A stretch of DNA of 64,000 nucleotides from Thermoanaerobaculia bacterium (GCA_963664405.1 OY761158.1:5632001-5696000), one strand, 5' to 3'; counted from the first letter of the stretch, positions 8,489 to 18,414 are shown. Program-made: numbers and translations. Notes: generated by a model from the sequence alone, not told the origin.

Positions 8489-10773
8489 CGGAGCTCTATC
8501 GCTCGCGCGATCAAAGCTTCGAGCTCTTCCACCTGAGCGGGGTGAGCGGCGCGCAGTGCGGGCTCTTGCAGTTGCGGCAGAAGCTCTTCGAGCCCAGCGT
8601 CTCGTGCCCAGTATGAGCCGCGCAGAATCTCGGCCAGCTCGGCGACCAGGACGGCGAGGCGGAGCGACGGCGAGGCTTCTCCCCAGGTTGCCGCGAGGTC
8701 GCGCTGGCGAATCGGCTGCTGGAGCTCGTGAGTGAGATTGTCAGTGGCACTCTCGTATCGGAGTGTGAGAGTGCCGAGTTGAGCTCGGCGCTGGGCAGCC
8801 GTCGCGAGCCTGAGCTCATAGACCGCACTGACTCTGTGCCCGGCACCTATTTCTCCGGCGTCGGTCGCGTCATTGCGAAAGAGACCGTCAACAATCGCTC
8901 GGTTCTCGTAGCCGAGCAGGCGGTAGCGAGAGACCACATCGCCATTCCATTCGACTTGCACCTTGGCATCTCTGGCGATCGTCTCGAGAGTACCGGTGAG
9001 CTTCTCGATGAGTACCCTTTCCGCTTCTCGCGGTGAATCGACGTAGTGATAGCTGCCGTTGCTTCGATCGGCGAGCTGCTCCATGAGGGCGTCGTTGTAG
9101 TTGCCCATACCGACGCCGATGGAGGTGATCTCGATGCCTTCCCGAACCGCGGCGTCGACACTGGCGAGAATTGCGTCGGCGGAGGTGGAGCCGACGTTCG
9201 CAACACCATCGGAGCAAAGCAGGATGCGGTTGATCCCGCCAGCTCTGAAGTTCCGTGCGACCAGCGCGTAAGCGATGCCGAGGCCCTCCGCCAGGTTGGT
9301 CGATCCGCTTGGGCGCAAGGTCGCCAGCGCGGTGTCGATGGCTAGGCTGTCCGATGTGGGCTCGAGTAGAACCTCGGCGCGATCCCGGTAGGTCACAATG
9401 CCGACGCGATCCGACGGTGTCAGCTGCGTGGCCATCTGCCTCAGAGCCTGCTTGATGACTCCGATCCGGTTGTCGCGAGCCATCGAGCCCGAGGCGTCGA
9501 TCAGGAAGACCAGGTTCGCGGGTCGCCGGTCGCTGGTGTCGATCTCCCTGGCTGCGATGCCCAGGCGCACCAGGCGGTATTGCTCGCCCTCACTAAAGGG
9601 ACTTGGGCTCCCTTCGACGCTAAGCGCGAAGTCGTCGCGTTTCGGTGAAGAGTCGCCGAAGTCGAAGTAGTTGAGGAACTCCTCGACCCGGATCGCCTCG
9701 TTCGGAGGCAAGGTGCCCGAGCGAAGATAGCTGCGGGCGAGAGTGAACGAGCCGGTATCGACGTCGAGTCCGAAGGTAGAGAGCCGATCGTCCTCGGTAT
9801 CGATGAAGGGGCTTACGCTGGTCGCGTCGAAGAACATGTCGGCCGGGATCGTCGCGCTCTCCGCCCTCTTGGGTGGGGGAACAGGCGGCGCGATCTCCGC
9901 GGGGCGTGGTGCATCCAAAGAGGCGCCTCGTGCGAGCGAAGCATCGGCGATCCGATCCATCTGCCGGGCGGGCGCCAGCGCTTCGAGCTTGTCGGCCAGG
10001 AACGCCCTTTGCTCTGCGCCTGATCCCTGAGCGGGGGCGCCACGTTGGAGACGACTCTCCATTTCGGGCTCCAGCCCTCTCAGCTTCTTCTGCTCGCTCA
10101 CGAGGGTGCGCAAGAGAAGGTCTCGCTCTTCTTGCGCGGGGCCCTGTGCTGGATCTCTCCGGGTCTCGTTATTTTGTTTCTCAGCGGCGGAGCGAAAGCG
10201 CGGCTCCTGTCGAACAGGTTCGAGATCTTCAGCGAGTGGCTCAGGTGAGCCCGGGGAGCCTGGCAGAGCGGATGCACGACTCTGAGCAAAGAGGTCGCTC
10301 GACTCCCGGTTGTCCGATTGCGACTCGGAGCCTTTGTGACGAATCTCAGACGATCGACTGCCCTCCGGATTCGTCGTCGCTGCTGTCGCCGAATGGTCCT
10401 CATCGAGAGAGCCTTTCGAAACGATGCGAGCTGACACCTCCAGAGGGATCTGCGCCTGAGCTCGTGGAGTTTCCAGTGGGGCGTCGAATCGCTCGGGTGC
10501 CATGACCGGTGCTCCCACGAGGTCGGTGGGGTCGCTCGAGAGGCGCTGAGAGACGAAGTACGCCGAGCCTAGAGTGAAGGTGATCGAGGCGGCGGCGAGC
10601 CAAGCCGAGCGAGAGCGCCAGTGCGAGGGGCTCGCACGATGGACCGGCCCTTCCTCTTCCGGGAAGAGCTCCGCGGGAATGTGCTTCTTGATACTGCTTG
10701 CGAGGCCCGGCGGAGGTGACGGAGCCTGGCGGCCCAGGGCGTCGGTGACGTCTTTGTCGGTTAGGTGTCTCAT
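8485..10773 (-). CDS. YfbK-like vWA domain protein with N-terminal anti-sigma-like segment and TM helix
   Basis: STFGLDVDTGSF, IRVEEFLNYF, MIDAS DASGSM, LCSDGVANVG, YRLLGYENR..DAGEIGAGH. TM around WLAAASITFTLGSAYFV. Confidence 0.9.
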   Translation of the reverse strand: MRHLTDKDVTDALGRQAPSPPPGLASSIKKHIPAELFPEEEGPVHRASPSHWRSRSAWLAAASITFTLGSAYFVSQRLSSDPTDLVGAPVMAPERFDAPLETPRAQAQIPLEVSARIVSKGSLDEDHSATAATTNPEGSRSSEIRHKGSESQSDNRESSDLFAQSRASALPGSPGSPEPLAEDLEPVRQEPRFRSAAEKQNNETRRDPAQGPAQEERDLLLRTLVSEQKKLRGLEPEMESRLQRGAPAQGSGAEQRAFLADKLEALAPARQMDRIADASLARGASLDAPRPAEIAPPVPPPKRAESATIPADMFFDATSVSPFIDTEDDRLSTFGLDVDTGSFTLARSYLRSGTLPPNEAIRVEEFLNYFDFGDSSPKRDDFALSVEGSPSPFSEGEQYRLVRLGIAAREIDTSDRRPANLVFLIDASGSMARDNRIGVIKQALRQMATQLTPSDRVGIVTYRDRAEVLLEPTSDSLAIDTALATLRPSGSTNLAEGLGIAYALVARNFRAGGINRILLCSDGVANVGSTSADAILASVDAAVREGIEITSIGVGMGNYNDALMEQLADRSNGSYHYVDSPREAERVLIEKLTGTLETIARDAKVQVEWNGDVVSRYRLLGYENRAIVDGLFRNDATDAGEIGAGHRVSAVYELRLATAAQRRAQLGTLTLRYESATDNLTHELQQPIRQRDLAATWGEASPSLRLAVLVAELAEILRGSYWARDAGLEELLPQLQEPALRAAHPAQVEELEALIARAIELR

Positions 10774-11366
10774 GATGATGGATCCTCGCTGAGAGCCTGT
10801 CGCAGAAGCTCGACCGCGCGGCGCAGACGTTTTCGAATAGCGACTTTGGTGATGCCTTCGTGGACGGCGATATCACGCACCGGCAGCTCTCCCCAGAAGC
10901 GAGCGGTCACACAGAAGCGCAGGTTCTCGGGCAGGGCCATGACCGCGCGCCGGAGTCGAGCCGCGTCCAGCCGTGCCCCCAGACCCGTGTCAGAAGGCGC
11001 CGGCAGCTCGAGATCCTCGACGTCGACCGAAGAGAAACGTTGAGGACGGCGTACGTGATTGAGGTAGGTGGTATAGGCAATGCGATACAGCCAGGTCCCG
11101 AAGCGCGAGCCGCCACGAAACCCGTCGAGCGCTTTCCAGGCGCGAGCGTAAGTCTCCTGAGTCAGGTCGGCCGCAGTGTCCGGATCGCCAGAGAGCCGCA
11201 CCAGGGTCCGAAACACCATCTCGTAGGTGTCCTCGACCAGCGCTTCTGCAGCCCCTCGATCGCCCTGACGCAACGCCTCGAGCAGCAGTGTCTCATCGTG
11301 GAAGGAACGAGCAGGAGGAAGAGAAACCGCGACTTCAGCATTGGGAAGCACTTCCATGGTGGCCAT
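10770..11366 (-). CDS. ECF RNA polymerase sigma factor
   Basis: AADLTQETY..AW, F.TWLYRIA (region 2), region 4 HTH (VRDIAVHEGITKVAIRKRLRRA). Start could be 11405, 11366 or 11357. Confidence 0.93.
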   Translation of the reverse strand: MATMEVLPNAEVAVSLPPARSFHDETLLLEALRQGDRGAAEALVEDTYEMVFRTLVRLSGDPDTAADLTQETYARAWKALDGFRGGSRFGTWLYRIAYTTYLNHVRRPQRFSSVDVEDLELPAPSDTGLGARLDAARLRRAVMALPENLRFCVTARFWGELPVRDIAVHEGITKVAIRKRLRRAVELLRQALSEDPSS

Positions 11367-11457
11367 TGTTCTCTTAGACACCGAGATCTCTGCAGAGGAA
11401 ACCACATTTCTTCGTTTCGTGTTCCTTCGTCTTTCTTCTGCGAGGCCTCCGCAGTCG

Positions 11458-11580
11458 GTCGTGGGGCGTCGGGGCCGGCCGGAAAAGGGGGCCTTGGGGC
11501 AGGGTGGGGATGCCGAAACCCGCTTGTAGAATTATGCTCCGCACCCCAGCCCCCAAGGCCCCCTTTTCCGGCCTGCGTCC
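11458..11580. repeat. Intergenic palindromic element, family A copy 1 (reverse orientation)
   Basis: Perfect 23-bp IR GGCCGGAAAAGGGGGCCTTGGGG / CCCCAAGGCCCCCTTTTCCGGCC; core reads GCGGAGCATAATT on the minus strand. Confidence 0.85.
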
Positions 11581-11606
11581 TTGTGCCACCAAGGTCGATC
11601 TGGAGT

Positions 11607-11804
11607 TCCCCTGGTTTCGTAGATAGCTGATCAAGCCCGATAACGTGCTGGGAGCTGTCGATGTCAAGGCGACCCGGAAGAGCGTTCCCTCAGCACTAGG
11701 GCTGGATCGTATCGACGCGTCGCTCGCCGCGCTTCGAGCCGTTCTTAGTGGAGCCGTGGCCGATTGAGCAAGACGCCCCGGGGGGATTGTTGAACATGGC
11801 TCCA
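11607..11804. ncRNA. Candidate structured non-coding RNA, unassigned
   Basis: Hairpin 11634-11703 (AGCCC..GTGCTGGGAG / TTCCCTCAGCAC..GGGCT), possible end pairing 11607-11614 with ~11779-11786, second IR 11749-11804; no convincing CDS. Confidence 0.3.
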
Positions 11805-11920
11805 AAGTTAGCCCGGCGAGTACTTCAAGACGCTGCAACCTCCTGACGTCGATTCTTCAGGCGGCCTTCCACGTTCTACTGCCCAAGCGAGGCGTCGGCG
11901 AAGGCAGCCGCCATCGCAAG

Positions 11921-12066
11921 GTCGCAGGCCGCTTTCAGGGCGTCGGGGGGCCGGGCTGCGAAGCATAATTCTACAGGCTCAACTCCGCGTCCCAATCCAG
12001 ACTTCCGCCACCCGCGAAGCAGCCCGGCCCCCCGACGCCCCCTCGCGGCCGGCCCCTGCGACAACG
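11921..12066. repeat. Intergenic palindromic element, family A copy 2
   Basis: GGGCGTCGGGGGGCCGGGCTGC / GCAGCCCGGCCCCCCGACGCCC arms; GCGAAGCATAATT core; 3' tail GCGGCCGGCCCCTGCGACAACG. Confidence 0.85.
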
Positions 12067-12086
12067 CCGGCCTGCCGAGCGTTTGC

Positions 12087-12299
12087 CTAGCGCTCGATTT
12101 CGATGTCGGGGACGAAGTTTTCTTCGGCGTCTTTGAAGATGATCACGGTTTGATCGATGGGGAGCATGACGCGGTGGGTGGAAGAACCGAAGCTGATGTT
12201 GACTTCGTAGAAGCGGTCGGCGATCTGGAGGAGGGCTCCCTCTTCTCCCTTCATTCCGATCGTCGAGTTGTGAACGAGGACAGTTGCGGGTAGGTCCAT
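12087..12299 (-). CDS. Small hypothetical protein (70 aa)
   Basis: ATG directly abuts the response-regulator stop (TAAATG) with a GGAGG SD; globular, non-shadow composition. Confidence 0.75.
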   Translation of the reverse strand: MDLPATVLVHNSTIGMKGEEGALLQIADRFYEVNISFGSSTHRVMLPIDQTVIIFKDAEENFVPDIEIER

Positions 12300-13688
12300 T
12301 TAGTCCTCCAAAAGGCCGAGAGCGCGGTAGTCCTTGAGCTTCCGCTGAAGGGTTCGCAGTCCGATGCCGAGCGCTCTGGCGGCCTCGGCGCGCCTCCCCT
12401 TGGTTCGCTCCAGAGTCTCGAGTATGGCCTTGCGCTCGATCTCGGCCATGGTCCGCGGCTCGCCGAATTGAGTTTGCACCGGCGCTCCGTTGTGGCGTAA
12501 CGCGGTGGCCTCTCGAAAGTCCTCGGGCAGATCCGATGGCTTGATCTCGCCACCCGAGTGGAAGATCACGACGTTTTCGAGGACGTTGCGGAGCTCGCGA
12601 ACATTGCCAGGCCAGGCATGGCGACTGAGAGTATCCAAGACCTGAGTTCCAAGGTGTATCTCCGGCTTGCCGTGCTCTTCGCAAAAGGCCTTCAAGAAGT
12701 GCTCGCCAAGGGCCGGTAGGTCGGCGAGGCGATCGCGCAGGGGAGGGAGCGCCAAGGTGACAACTTTGAGCCGGTAGTAGAGGTCTTCTCGGAAGCGACC
12801 CTCTGAGACCTCTTCAGAGAGGTTGCGGTTGGTGGCGGCTACCAAGCGGAAGTCGACATCGATGACGTCGCTGCCACCCACTCGCATGATCTTTCTCTCT
12901 TCGAGAACCCTGAGTAGCTTGACCTGCAGCTTCGGGTAGAGCTCGCTGATCTCGTCTAGAAAGAGAGTGCCTTTGTGGGCGAGCTCGAAGCGGCCGATCT
13001 TGCGGGTGACCGCTCCTGTGAAAGAGCCGCGCTCGTGCCCGAAGAGCTCGCTCTCCAGGATGTCTCCGGGGATGGCACCGCAGTTCAGAGCGAGGAAACG
13101 TTCCTTGTGGCGGGCGTTTTGCTGATGAAGAGCGTGGGCGACCAGCTCTTTACCGGTGCCGCTCTCACCGGTGATGAGGACGGTGCTGCGAGTCGGGGCG
13201 ACGACTCGGATTTGTTCGAAGAGTCGCTCCATCGGCGCCGAAGTGCCGACGATGCTCTCGAAGCCGAAGCGCTTGTCGAGCATCTGGCGAAGCTCGGTGA
13301 CCTCTTCTTTGAGCTCTCGGTTCTCGAGGATGTTCTTGGCGCGCTGGCGCAGCTCGTAGAGGTCAACCGGCTTGGTGAGGTAGTCGTCGGCGCCGACGCG
13401 CATTGCCTCGACGGCGGATTCGATGGAGCCGAAGCCGGTAACAAGCATTACGCCTAGATCGAGATCTCGCTCGCGAACCGCGTTCAGAAAGTCGAGACCC
13501 GTCATGCCTGGCATCTTGATGTCGCAGACGGCGAGGCGGATGTTGCGCCGTGCGACTGCATATTCCAGCGCGTTCTCCGCGTCGTCGAAGGTACGGACAC
13601 CGAAGCCGGCCTTTTCGAGGGCCAGAGCCATCGATTCACGGGAGCCCGATTCGTCGTCGATGACGATGATGGAGGGAGGTTTCGACAC
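12300..13688 (-). CDS. Sigma54-dependent response regulator (NtrC/AtoC family)
   Basis: Receiver (IVIDDE, CDIKMPG, YLTKP), [31 protein letters not shown], Fis HTH. Likely start GTG 13688. Confidence 0.95.
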   Translation of the reverse strand: MSKPPSIIVIDDESGSRESMALALEKAGFGVRTFDDAENALEYAVARRNIRLAVCDIKMPGMTGLDFLNAVRERDLDLGVMLVTGFGSIESAVEAMRVGADDYLTKPVDLYELRQRAKNILENRELKEEVTELRQMLDKRFGFESIVGTSAPMERLFEQIRVVAPTRSTVLITGESGTGKELVAHALHQQNARHKERFLALNCGAIPGDILESELFGHERGSFTGAVTRKIGRFELAHKGTLFLDEISELYPKLQVKLLRVLEERKIMRVGGSDVIDVDFRLVAATNRNLSEEVSEGRFREDLYYRLKVVTLALPPLRDRLADLPALGEHFLKAFCEEHGKPEIHLGTQVLDTLSRHAWPGNVRELRNVLENVVIFHSGGEIKPSDLPEDFREATALRHNGAPVQTQFGEPRTMAEIERKAILETLERTKGRRAEAARALGIGLRTLQRKLKDYRALGLLED

Positions 13689-13731
13689 GCCGTCGTGGAT
13701 TGTCGCAGAAATGACGATGGCTCGAGGTCTT

Positions 13732-14766
13732 TTAAAGGAGCCGGGGGAGCACGTCGTCGGTGAGGCGGATGAAGGTGCCGTGGCTGAGGGGGGCGCAGAG
13801 TAGGTACGACAGCGAGATCTCTTCCTCGAGTCGCGCCAGCTTGTCCGCGACCGCAGCCGGGGTGCCGAAAATGATGACGTTATCGAGGTAGCGTTGAGCG
13901 GCCCCCAACTCGTCGCTACGAGAGTTCGGTGACTCCGCCGCCGCTGCACGTGCCTGGGGTGATCGTAGGTCGGTGATCAAGTTCTTGAGATCTGGGTTCA
14001 GGTAGGAACCGAACATCCATTGAGCGCCGCGGGCGGCGATCGCCTCGGCCTCTTCGTCGGTATCGGCGATCGCCAAGAGACGCGCCATCGGCGTGTCACG
14101 CCCGTCGATGGAGAAGCCGTGCTTGTCGAGCTCTTCGGTATAGAACTCGAGCTTGTTACCCAGCTCTTGGTGCGACGAGTGGGGGTCGAGCATGATCGAG
14201 AAGCCGTGCGCGGCTGACCAGGAGATCGCTTCCACCGACGAGCTTGCCAGCCACACCGGCGGATGGGGCTTCTGTGCCGGCTTGGGCAGCACCTCGATGT
14301 CTTCGAAGTCGTAGTAGCGACCCTTGAACGTCAGTCGGTCCGACTTCCACGCTTCGAGCACGATCTCGACGTTCTCGTGGAAGAGCGGATAGCTGTCGTC
14401 CTTGGCGACGCCGAAGGCCTGGAACTCGACGCGGTCGAACCCCCTGCCCGCGCCCCAGTTGACGCGGCCCTCGGAGAGTACGTCGAGTAGGGCCACTTCT
14501 TCGGCTAAGCGCAGCGGGTGGTAGAACGCCGCCAAGGAGATTCCGGTACCGATGCGCAGGTTCTTTGTCCGCGCGGCAATATGAGTGCCCATCATGTGGA
14601 TCGAGGGACAGACGCTGTACGAGCTGAAGTGGTGCTCGGCGAGCCACACGGCGTCGTACCCCGTGCTGTCCATGATGTCGATGCGCTCAAAGGCCCGTTG
14701 ATAGACCGTTTCGAGCGGCACACGTCTCTCTGGCCAACTAAAGAACTGCAGGACCCCGATCTTCAT
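13732..14766 (-). CDS. LLM-class flavin-dependent oxidoreductase (luciferase-like)
   Basis: GYDAVWLAEHHF, HPLRLAEEVALLD.LS.GR, PKP.QKPHPP.W. Confidence 0.92.
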   Translation of the reverse strand: MKIGVLQFFSWPERRVPLETVYQRAFERIDIMDSTGYDAVWLAEHHFSSYSVCPSIHMMGTHIAARTKNLRIGTGISLAAFYHPLRLAEEVALLDVLSEGRVNWGAGRGFDRVEFQAFGVAKDDSYPLFHENVEIVLEAWKSDRLTFKGRYYDFEDIEVLPKPAQKPHPPVWLASSSVEAISWSAAHGFSIMLDPHSSHQELGNKLEFYTEELDKHGFSIDGRDTPMARLLAIADTDEEAEAIAARGAQWMFGSYLNPDLKNLITDLRSPQARAAAAESPNSRSDELGAAQRYLDNVIIFGTPAAVADKLARLEEEISLSYLLCAPLSHGTFIRLTDDVLPRLL

Positions 14767-14888
14767 CGTTCGTCACCCTCGCTTTCGAGTCTGTGAACAG
14801 TAACAGTGATGGTCGAAGATTAGGCTGCCTGTCCGCACTGGATATACGGGGCCCGGGAAGTCGACTCACCAGAGATCGGGTGGACCGA

Positions 14889-14906
14889 TGCGACGTTTTT
14901 GTCGTA
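14889..14906. promoter_or_regulatory. Putative enhancer (UAS) for a sigma54 activator
   Basis: Imperfect palindrome TGCGAC-GTTTTT-GTCGTA about 120 bp upstream of the sigma54 site. Confidence 0.4.
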
Positions 14907-15024
14907 GATGCGGAGACGACGGACGTTTACGTTGCGCGTTGAAGGCGGTCCGCGCACGGTGGGTCTTCTCGTAAGTAATTTCAGAATAAGGACTTAGCTG
15001 CCTATACCTAGGTCGCCGCTTGGC

Positions 15025-15039
15025 TGGCACGAGCATTGC
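15025..15039 (+). promoter_or_regulatory. Sigma54 (-24/-12) promoter of amtB-glnK-glnA
   Basis: TGGCAC-GAGCA-TTGC matches the TGGCAC-N5-TTGC consensus, about 90 bp upstream of amtB. Confidence 0.85.
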
Positions 15040-15131
15040 GCTAAGGGGAAGAGCGTATCGAGGGAACTCGCGTCCGGCGTCTGCGAATCGGGTCTTCCGG
15101 AGCTCAAGCCAAAACATGAAAGGAATCTCTG

Positions 15132-16493
15132 ATGAAAACACGGGTGGCGTTTTGGGGCCTGCTTCTGGTCCTCCTTCTCTCTGCAGTGCCGCTGGCGGCG
15201 CAGGAAGAGAGTGCGGAGGAGGTGCTGCAGGGAAACCTCAATATCGTTTGGACTTGCATCGCTGCATTCATGGTGATGTTCATGCAGCCTGGTTTCGCAA
15301 TGCTCGAGGCCGGCTTCACGCAGGCCAAGAACGCGGTCAACATAATGATGAAGAATCTGATGGATTTTTCAGTGGGCTCGCTTGTGTTCTTTCTCGTCGG
15401 CTTCGGGCTGATGTTTGGAAGCACCGGAAACGGATGGATAGGTAGCGGCCTGTTCGGGCTCGAAGGGGTCACGGGCAGCGACTGGACGTTCACCTTCTGG
15501 ATTTTCCAGACCGTGTTTGCGGCGACGGCTGCGACGATCGTCTCCGGCGCCGTTGCCGAGCGGACGAAGTTCGTGGCCTACCTCGTATACAGCAGTGTCA
15601 TTTGTCTCTTCATCTACCCGCTCTTCGGAAAGTGGGCGTGGGGATCGCTTCTCCTCGGGGATGAAGGTGCCGGCTGGCTCGAGGGTTTAGGCTTCATCGA
15701 CTTTGCCGGCTCCACAGTGGTGCACTCGGTAGGCGGTTGGCTCGGGTTGGCAGGAGCCCTCGTCCTCGGTCCCCGCATCGGCAAGTATGGGCCCAAGAGA
15801 AGAACTCCGAAGGCGATCCCAGGGCACAACATTCCGTTGGCCGCATTGGGAGTTTTCATCCTCTGGTTCGGGTGGTTTGGCTTCAACTCGGGTAGTACCA
15901 CAACCGGCGACGGCGAGATCGGCCGTATCGCGGTGACCACTAATCTCGCGGCCGCCGCGGGCGCGGTAGCTGCGATGTTTCTAGCTTGGGCCCTGTTCAA
16001 GAAGCCCGATGCATCCATGACTATCAACGGCGCGATCGCCGGGTTGGTTTCGATCACTGCACCCTGTTACACGGTTACGCCCTGGGGCGCAGTTCTTATC
16101 GGCGCCTTGGGAGGAATGCTGGTAGTAGGGAGCGTGCTCTTCTTCGACCGGGTTCTGCATATCGACGATCCGGTGGGTGCGATCAGCGCCCACGGAGTGT
16201 GTGGTGCTTGGGGTACCTTGGCTTGTGGCATCTTCGGTGCCGAGGCGGTCCTCGGAATCGGCGATGCGAATACAGGTCTTCTCTATGGCGGCGGTCTCGG
16301 CCAGCTGGGAATCCAGCTGATCGGCATCGGTGTAGCTTTCGTGTGGGCGTTCGGCACCGGATTCGTTCTCTTCAAGACTCTCAAGGCCACTGTCGGCCTA
16401 CGGGTAACCGAGGAGGAAGAGATTCGCGGGCTGGACATCGGCGAACACGGCATGGAGGCCTACTCAGGCTTCCAGATCTTCAACACCCAGTAG
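15132..16493 (+). CDS. amtB: Ammonium transporter
   Basis: MQPGFAMLEAG, IVSGAVAER, DFAGSTVVH, LWFGWFGFN, DDPVGAISAHG, GLDIGEHG. Confidence 0.97.
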   Translation: MKTRVAFWGLLLVLLLSAVPLAAQEESAEEVLQGNLNIVWTCIAAFMVMFMQPGFAMLEAGFTQAKNAVNIMMKNLMDFSVGSLVFFLVGFGLMFGSTGNGWIGSGLFGLEGVTGSDWTFTFWIFQTVFAATAATIVSGAVAERTKFVAYLVYSSVICLFIYPLFGKWAWGSLLLGDEGAGWLEGLGFIDFAGSTVVHSVGGWLGLAGALVLGPRIGKYGPKRRTPKAIPGHNIPLAALGVFILWFGWFGFNSGSTTTGDGEIGRIAVTTNLAAAAGAVAAMFLAWALFKKPDASMTINGAIAGLVSITAPCYTVTPWGAVLIGALGGMLVVGSVLFFDRVLHIDDPVGAISAHGVCGAWGTLACGIFGAEAVLGIGDANTGLLYGGGLGQLGIQLIGIGVAFVWAFGTGFVLFKTLKATVGLRVTEEEEIRGLDIGEHGMEAYSGFQIFNTQ

Positions 16494-16506
16494 GAAGTAG
16501 GAAAGC

Positions 16507-16851
16507 ATGAAGCTGATTACATGCATGATTCAACCAGAACGCTTGCCGGCGGTGAAGCAGGCTCTCTACGACGCCAAGGTCTACCGGATGACGGTGAGTA
16601 ATGTGCTCGGCGCCGGCCGGCAGGGTGGGTACAGCGAGACCTACCGCGGAGTGCAGTACGAGATCAATCTACTCAAGAAGGTTCGTCTCGATATTGCGGT
16701 CAACCAGGACTTCGTGGAAACTACGGTCGAAGCGATAATCAAGGCGGCTCGTACGGGGAATATCGGCGATGGCAAGATCTTCGTGACCCCGCTGGAGGAG
16801 TGCATCCGCATTCGCACGGGCGAGCGAGGGCACGAGGCGATCGGAGAATGA
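16507..16851 (+). CDS. glnK: PII nitrogen regulator
   Basis: G.GRQGG...YRG.QY T-loop, [21 protein letters not shown]; adjacent to amtB. Confidence 0.93.
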   Translation: MKLITCMIQPERLPAVKQALYDAKVYRMTVSNVLGAGRQGGYSETYRGVQYEINLLKKVRLDIAVNQDFVETTVEAIIKAARTGNIGDGKIFVTPLEECIRIRTGERGHEAIGE

Positions 16852-16932
16852 TCGCTGGCGGCGAGAGCCTGGTACATTACGAGCTTCCGAGTTCCAGATC
16901 ACAACCTAGAAACAGCAGAGGAGAGTGACGAA

Positions 16933-18345
16933 ATGACGGCGAAGGACTTCTTTGAGTTTGCGGAGAAGGAGGGAGCCGAGATGATCGACTTGAAGTTCGT
17001 CGATCTACTCGGTACCTGGCAGCACTGCAGTTACCCCACTGAGACGTGGGACGAGAGTACTTTTGAGGACGGGGTCGGCTTCGACGGCTCTTCGATCCGC
17101 GGTTGGCAGGACATCGATCAATCCGACATGCTGGCAATTCCTGACGCGGCTACGGCGAAGGTGGATCCCTTCTTCAGCGAGCCCACCGTCAGTGTAATTG
17201 CCGACATCTTCGACCCGTTGACGCGTGAGGCCTACGAGAAGGACCCGCGCAATATCGCTATCAAGGCGACGAAGTATCTGACCGCAACGGGAATCGCCGA
17301 TACCTGCCATGTTGGCCCTGAGCCTGAGTTCTTCATCTTTGACCACATCAGCTACGAGCAGACGCAGAACCGCGCGGCGTACGAGATCGATTCGATCGAG
17401 GGAGCTTGGAACACCGGCCGTAGCGAGGAGCCCAATCTCGGCTACATGTCCGCCTACAAGGGCGGTTACTTCCCCGTGAGCCCGACAGATAGCTACCACG
17501 ATCTTCGCGGCGAGATGGTCAATGTCATGCGTTCGTTGGGTATCGTCGTCGAAGCCCACCACCACGAGGTAGGAACAGGCGGTCAGGCAGAGATCGATAT
17601 GCAGTTTGAGCCGCTGCTGAAGATGTGTGATCAGTTCATGTGGTACAAGTACGTGGTCAAGAACATCGCCCTCAAGGCCGGGAAGACCGTTACCTTTATG
17701 GCGAAGCCCATATTCGAAGACAATGGCTCCGGCATGCACACGCACATGTCGCTATGGAAGGACGGAGTGCCTCTCTTCGCCGGAGATGGCTATGCCGGTC
17801 TCTCCGAGCTCGCCCTCCATGCGAGCGGCGGTTTGCTCGCGCATGCCCCGGCCTTGCTTGCCTTTGCGGCTCCGACTACGAACAGCTACAAGCGACTCGT
17901 GCCGGGGTTCGAGGCGCCGGTGAATCTCGCTATTAGCAAGCGCAACAGGTCGGCCGCCGTGCGCATTCCGATGTATTCGGAGAGCCCGAAGGCCAAGCGA
18001 CTCGAGTTTCGCTGTCCGGACCCGACGGCAAATGGCTATCTGGCATGGAGTGCCATGATGATGGCTCTCCTCGACGGCATCGAGAACAAGACTGATCCGG
18101 GCGATCCCTTGGACCGCAACATCTACGCCATGAGCGACGAGGAGTTGGCGGGCACCAATACGGTACCCGGCTCACTCGACGAGTCCTTACAAGCTCTCGA
18201 AGACGATCACGAATTCCTCACCAAGGGCGGGGTCTTCACCGAGGCGGTCATCGAGGCCTGGCTGTCCTGGAAGCGTGAGGAGGAGATCGCCGAGCTGGCT
18301 CAGCGTCCGCATCCGCACGAGTTCGCTCTGTATTACGACTCCTAG
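16933..18345 (+). CDS. glnA: Type I glutamine synthetase
   Basis: FDGSSI, GPEPEFF, HHHEV, NGSGMH, SYKRLVPGFEAP, RLEFRCPD; Tyr at the adenylylation position (DRNIY). Confidence 0.99.
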   Translation: MTAKDFFEFAEKEGAEMIDLKFVDLLGTWQHCSYPTETWDESTFEDGVGFDGSSIRGWQDIDQSDMLAIPDAATAKVDPFFSEPTVSVIADIFDPLTREAYEKDPRNIAIKATKYLTATGIADTCHVGPEPEFFIFDHISYEQTQNRAAYEIDSIEGAWNTGRSEEPNLGYMSAYKGGYFPVSPTDSYHDLRGEMVNVMRSLGIVVEAHHHEVGTGGQAEIDMQFEPLLKMCDQFMWYKYVVKNIALKAGKTVTFMAKPIFEDNGSGMHTHMSLWKDGVPLFAGDGYAGLSELALHASGGLLAHAPALLAFAAPTTNSYKRLVPGFEAPVNLAISKRNRSAAVRIPMYSESPKAKRLEFRCPDPTANGYLAWSAMMMALLDGIENKTDPGDPLDRNIYAMSDEELAGTNTVPGSLDESLQALEDDHEFLTKGGVFTEAVIEAWLSWKREEEIAELAQRPHPHEFALYYDS

Positions 18346-18376
18346 AAGACGACGGTACACTTCCGTCTATTTTTTC

Positions 18377-18414
18377 CGGCCCTCTTCACTTTCTTGGTGG
18401 GGAGGGCCGTTTGT
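18377..18414 (+). terminator. Intrinsic terminator after glnA
   Basis: CGGCCCTCTTCAC..GTGGGGAGGGCCG hairpin followed by TTTGT. Confidence 0.65.

Noticed and set aside
11607-11786. Firm 6S RNA, SRP RNA or riboswitch call
   Set aside because: Diagnostic motifs are missing or only loosely matched, so it is kept only as an unassigned candidate.
11374-12064. ORFs 11374..11838 and 11876..12064
   Set aside because: They run through palindromic repeats and have no protein-like features.
13689-13949. N-terminal extension of the response regulator (549-aa call)
   Set aside because: It overlaps the LLM gene in another frame; the receiver domain starts at GTG 13688.
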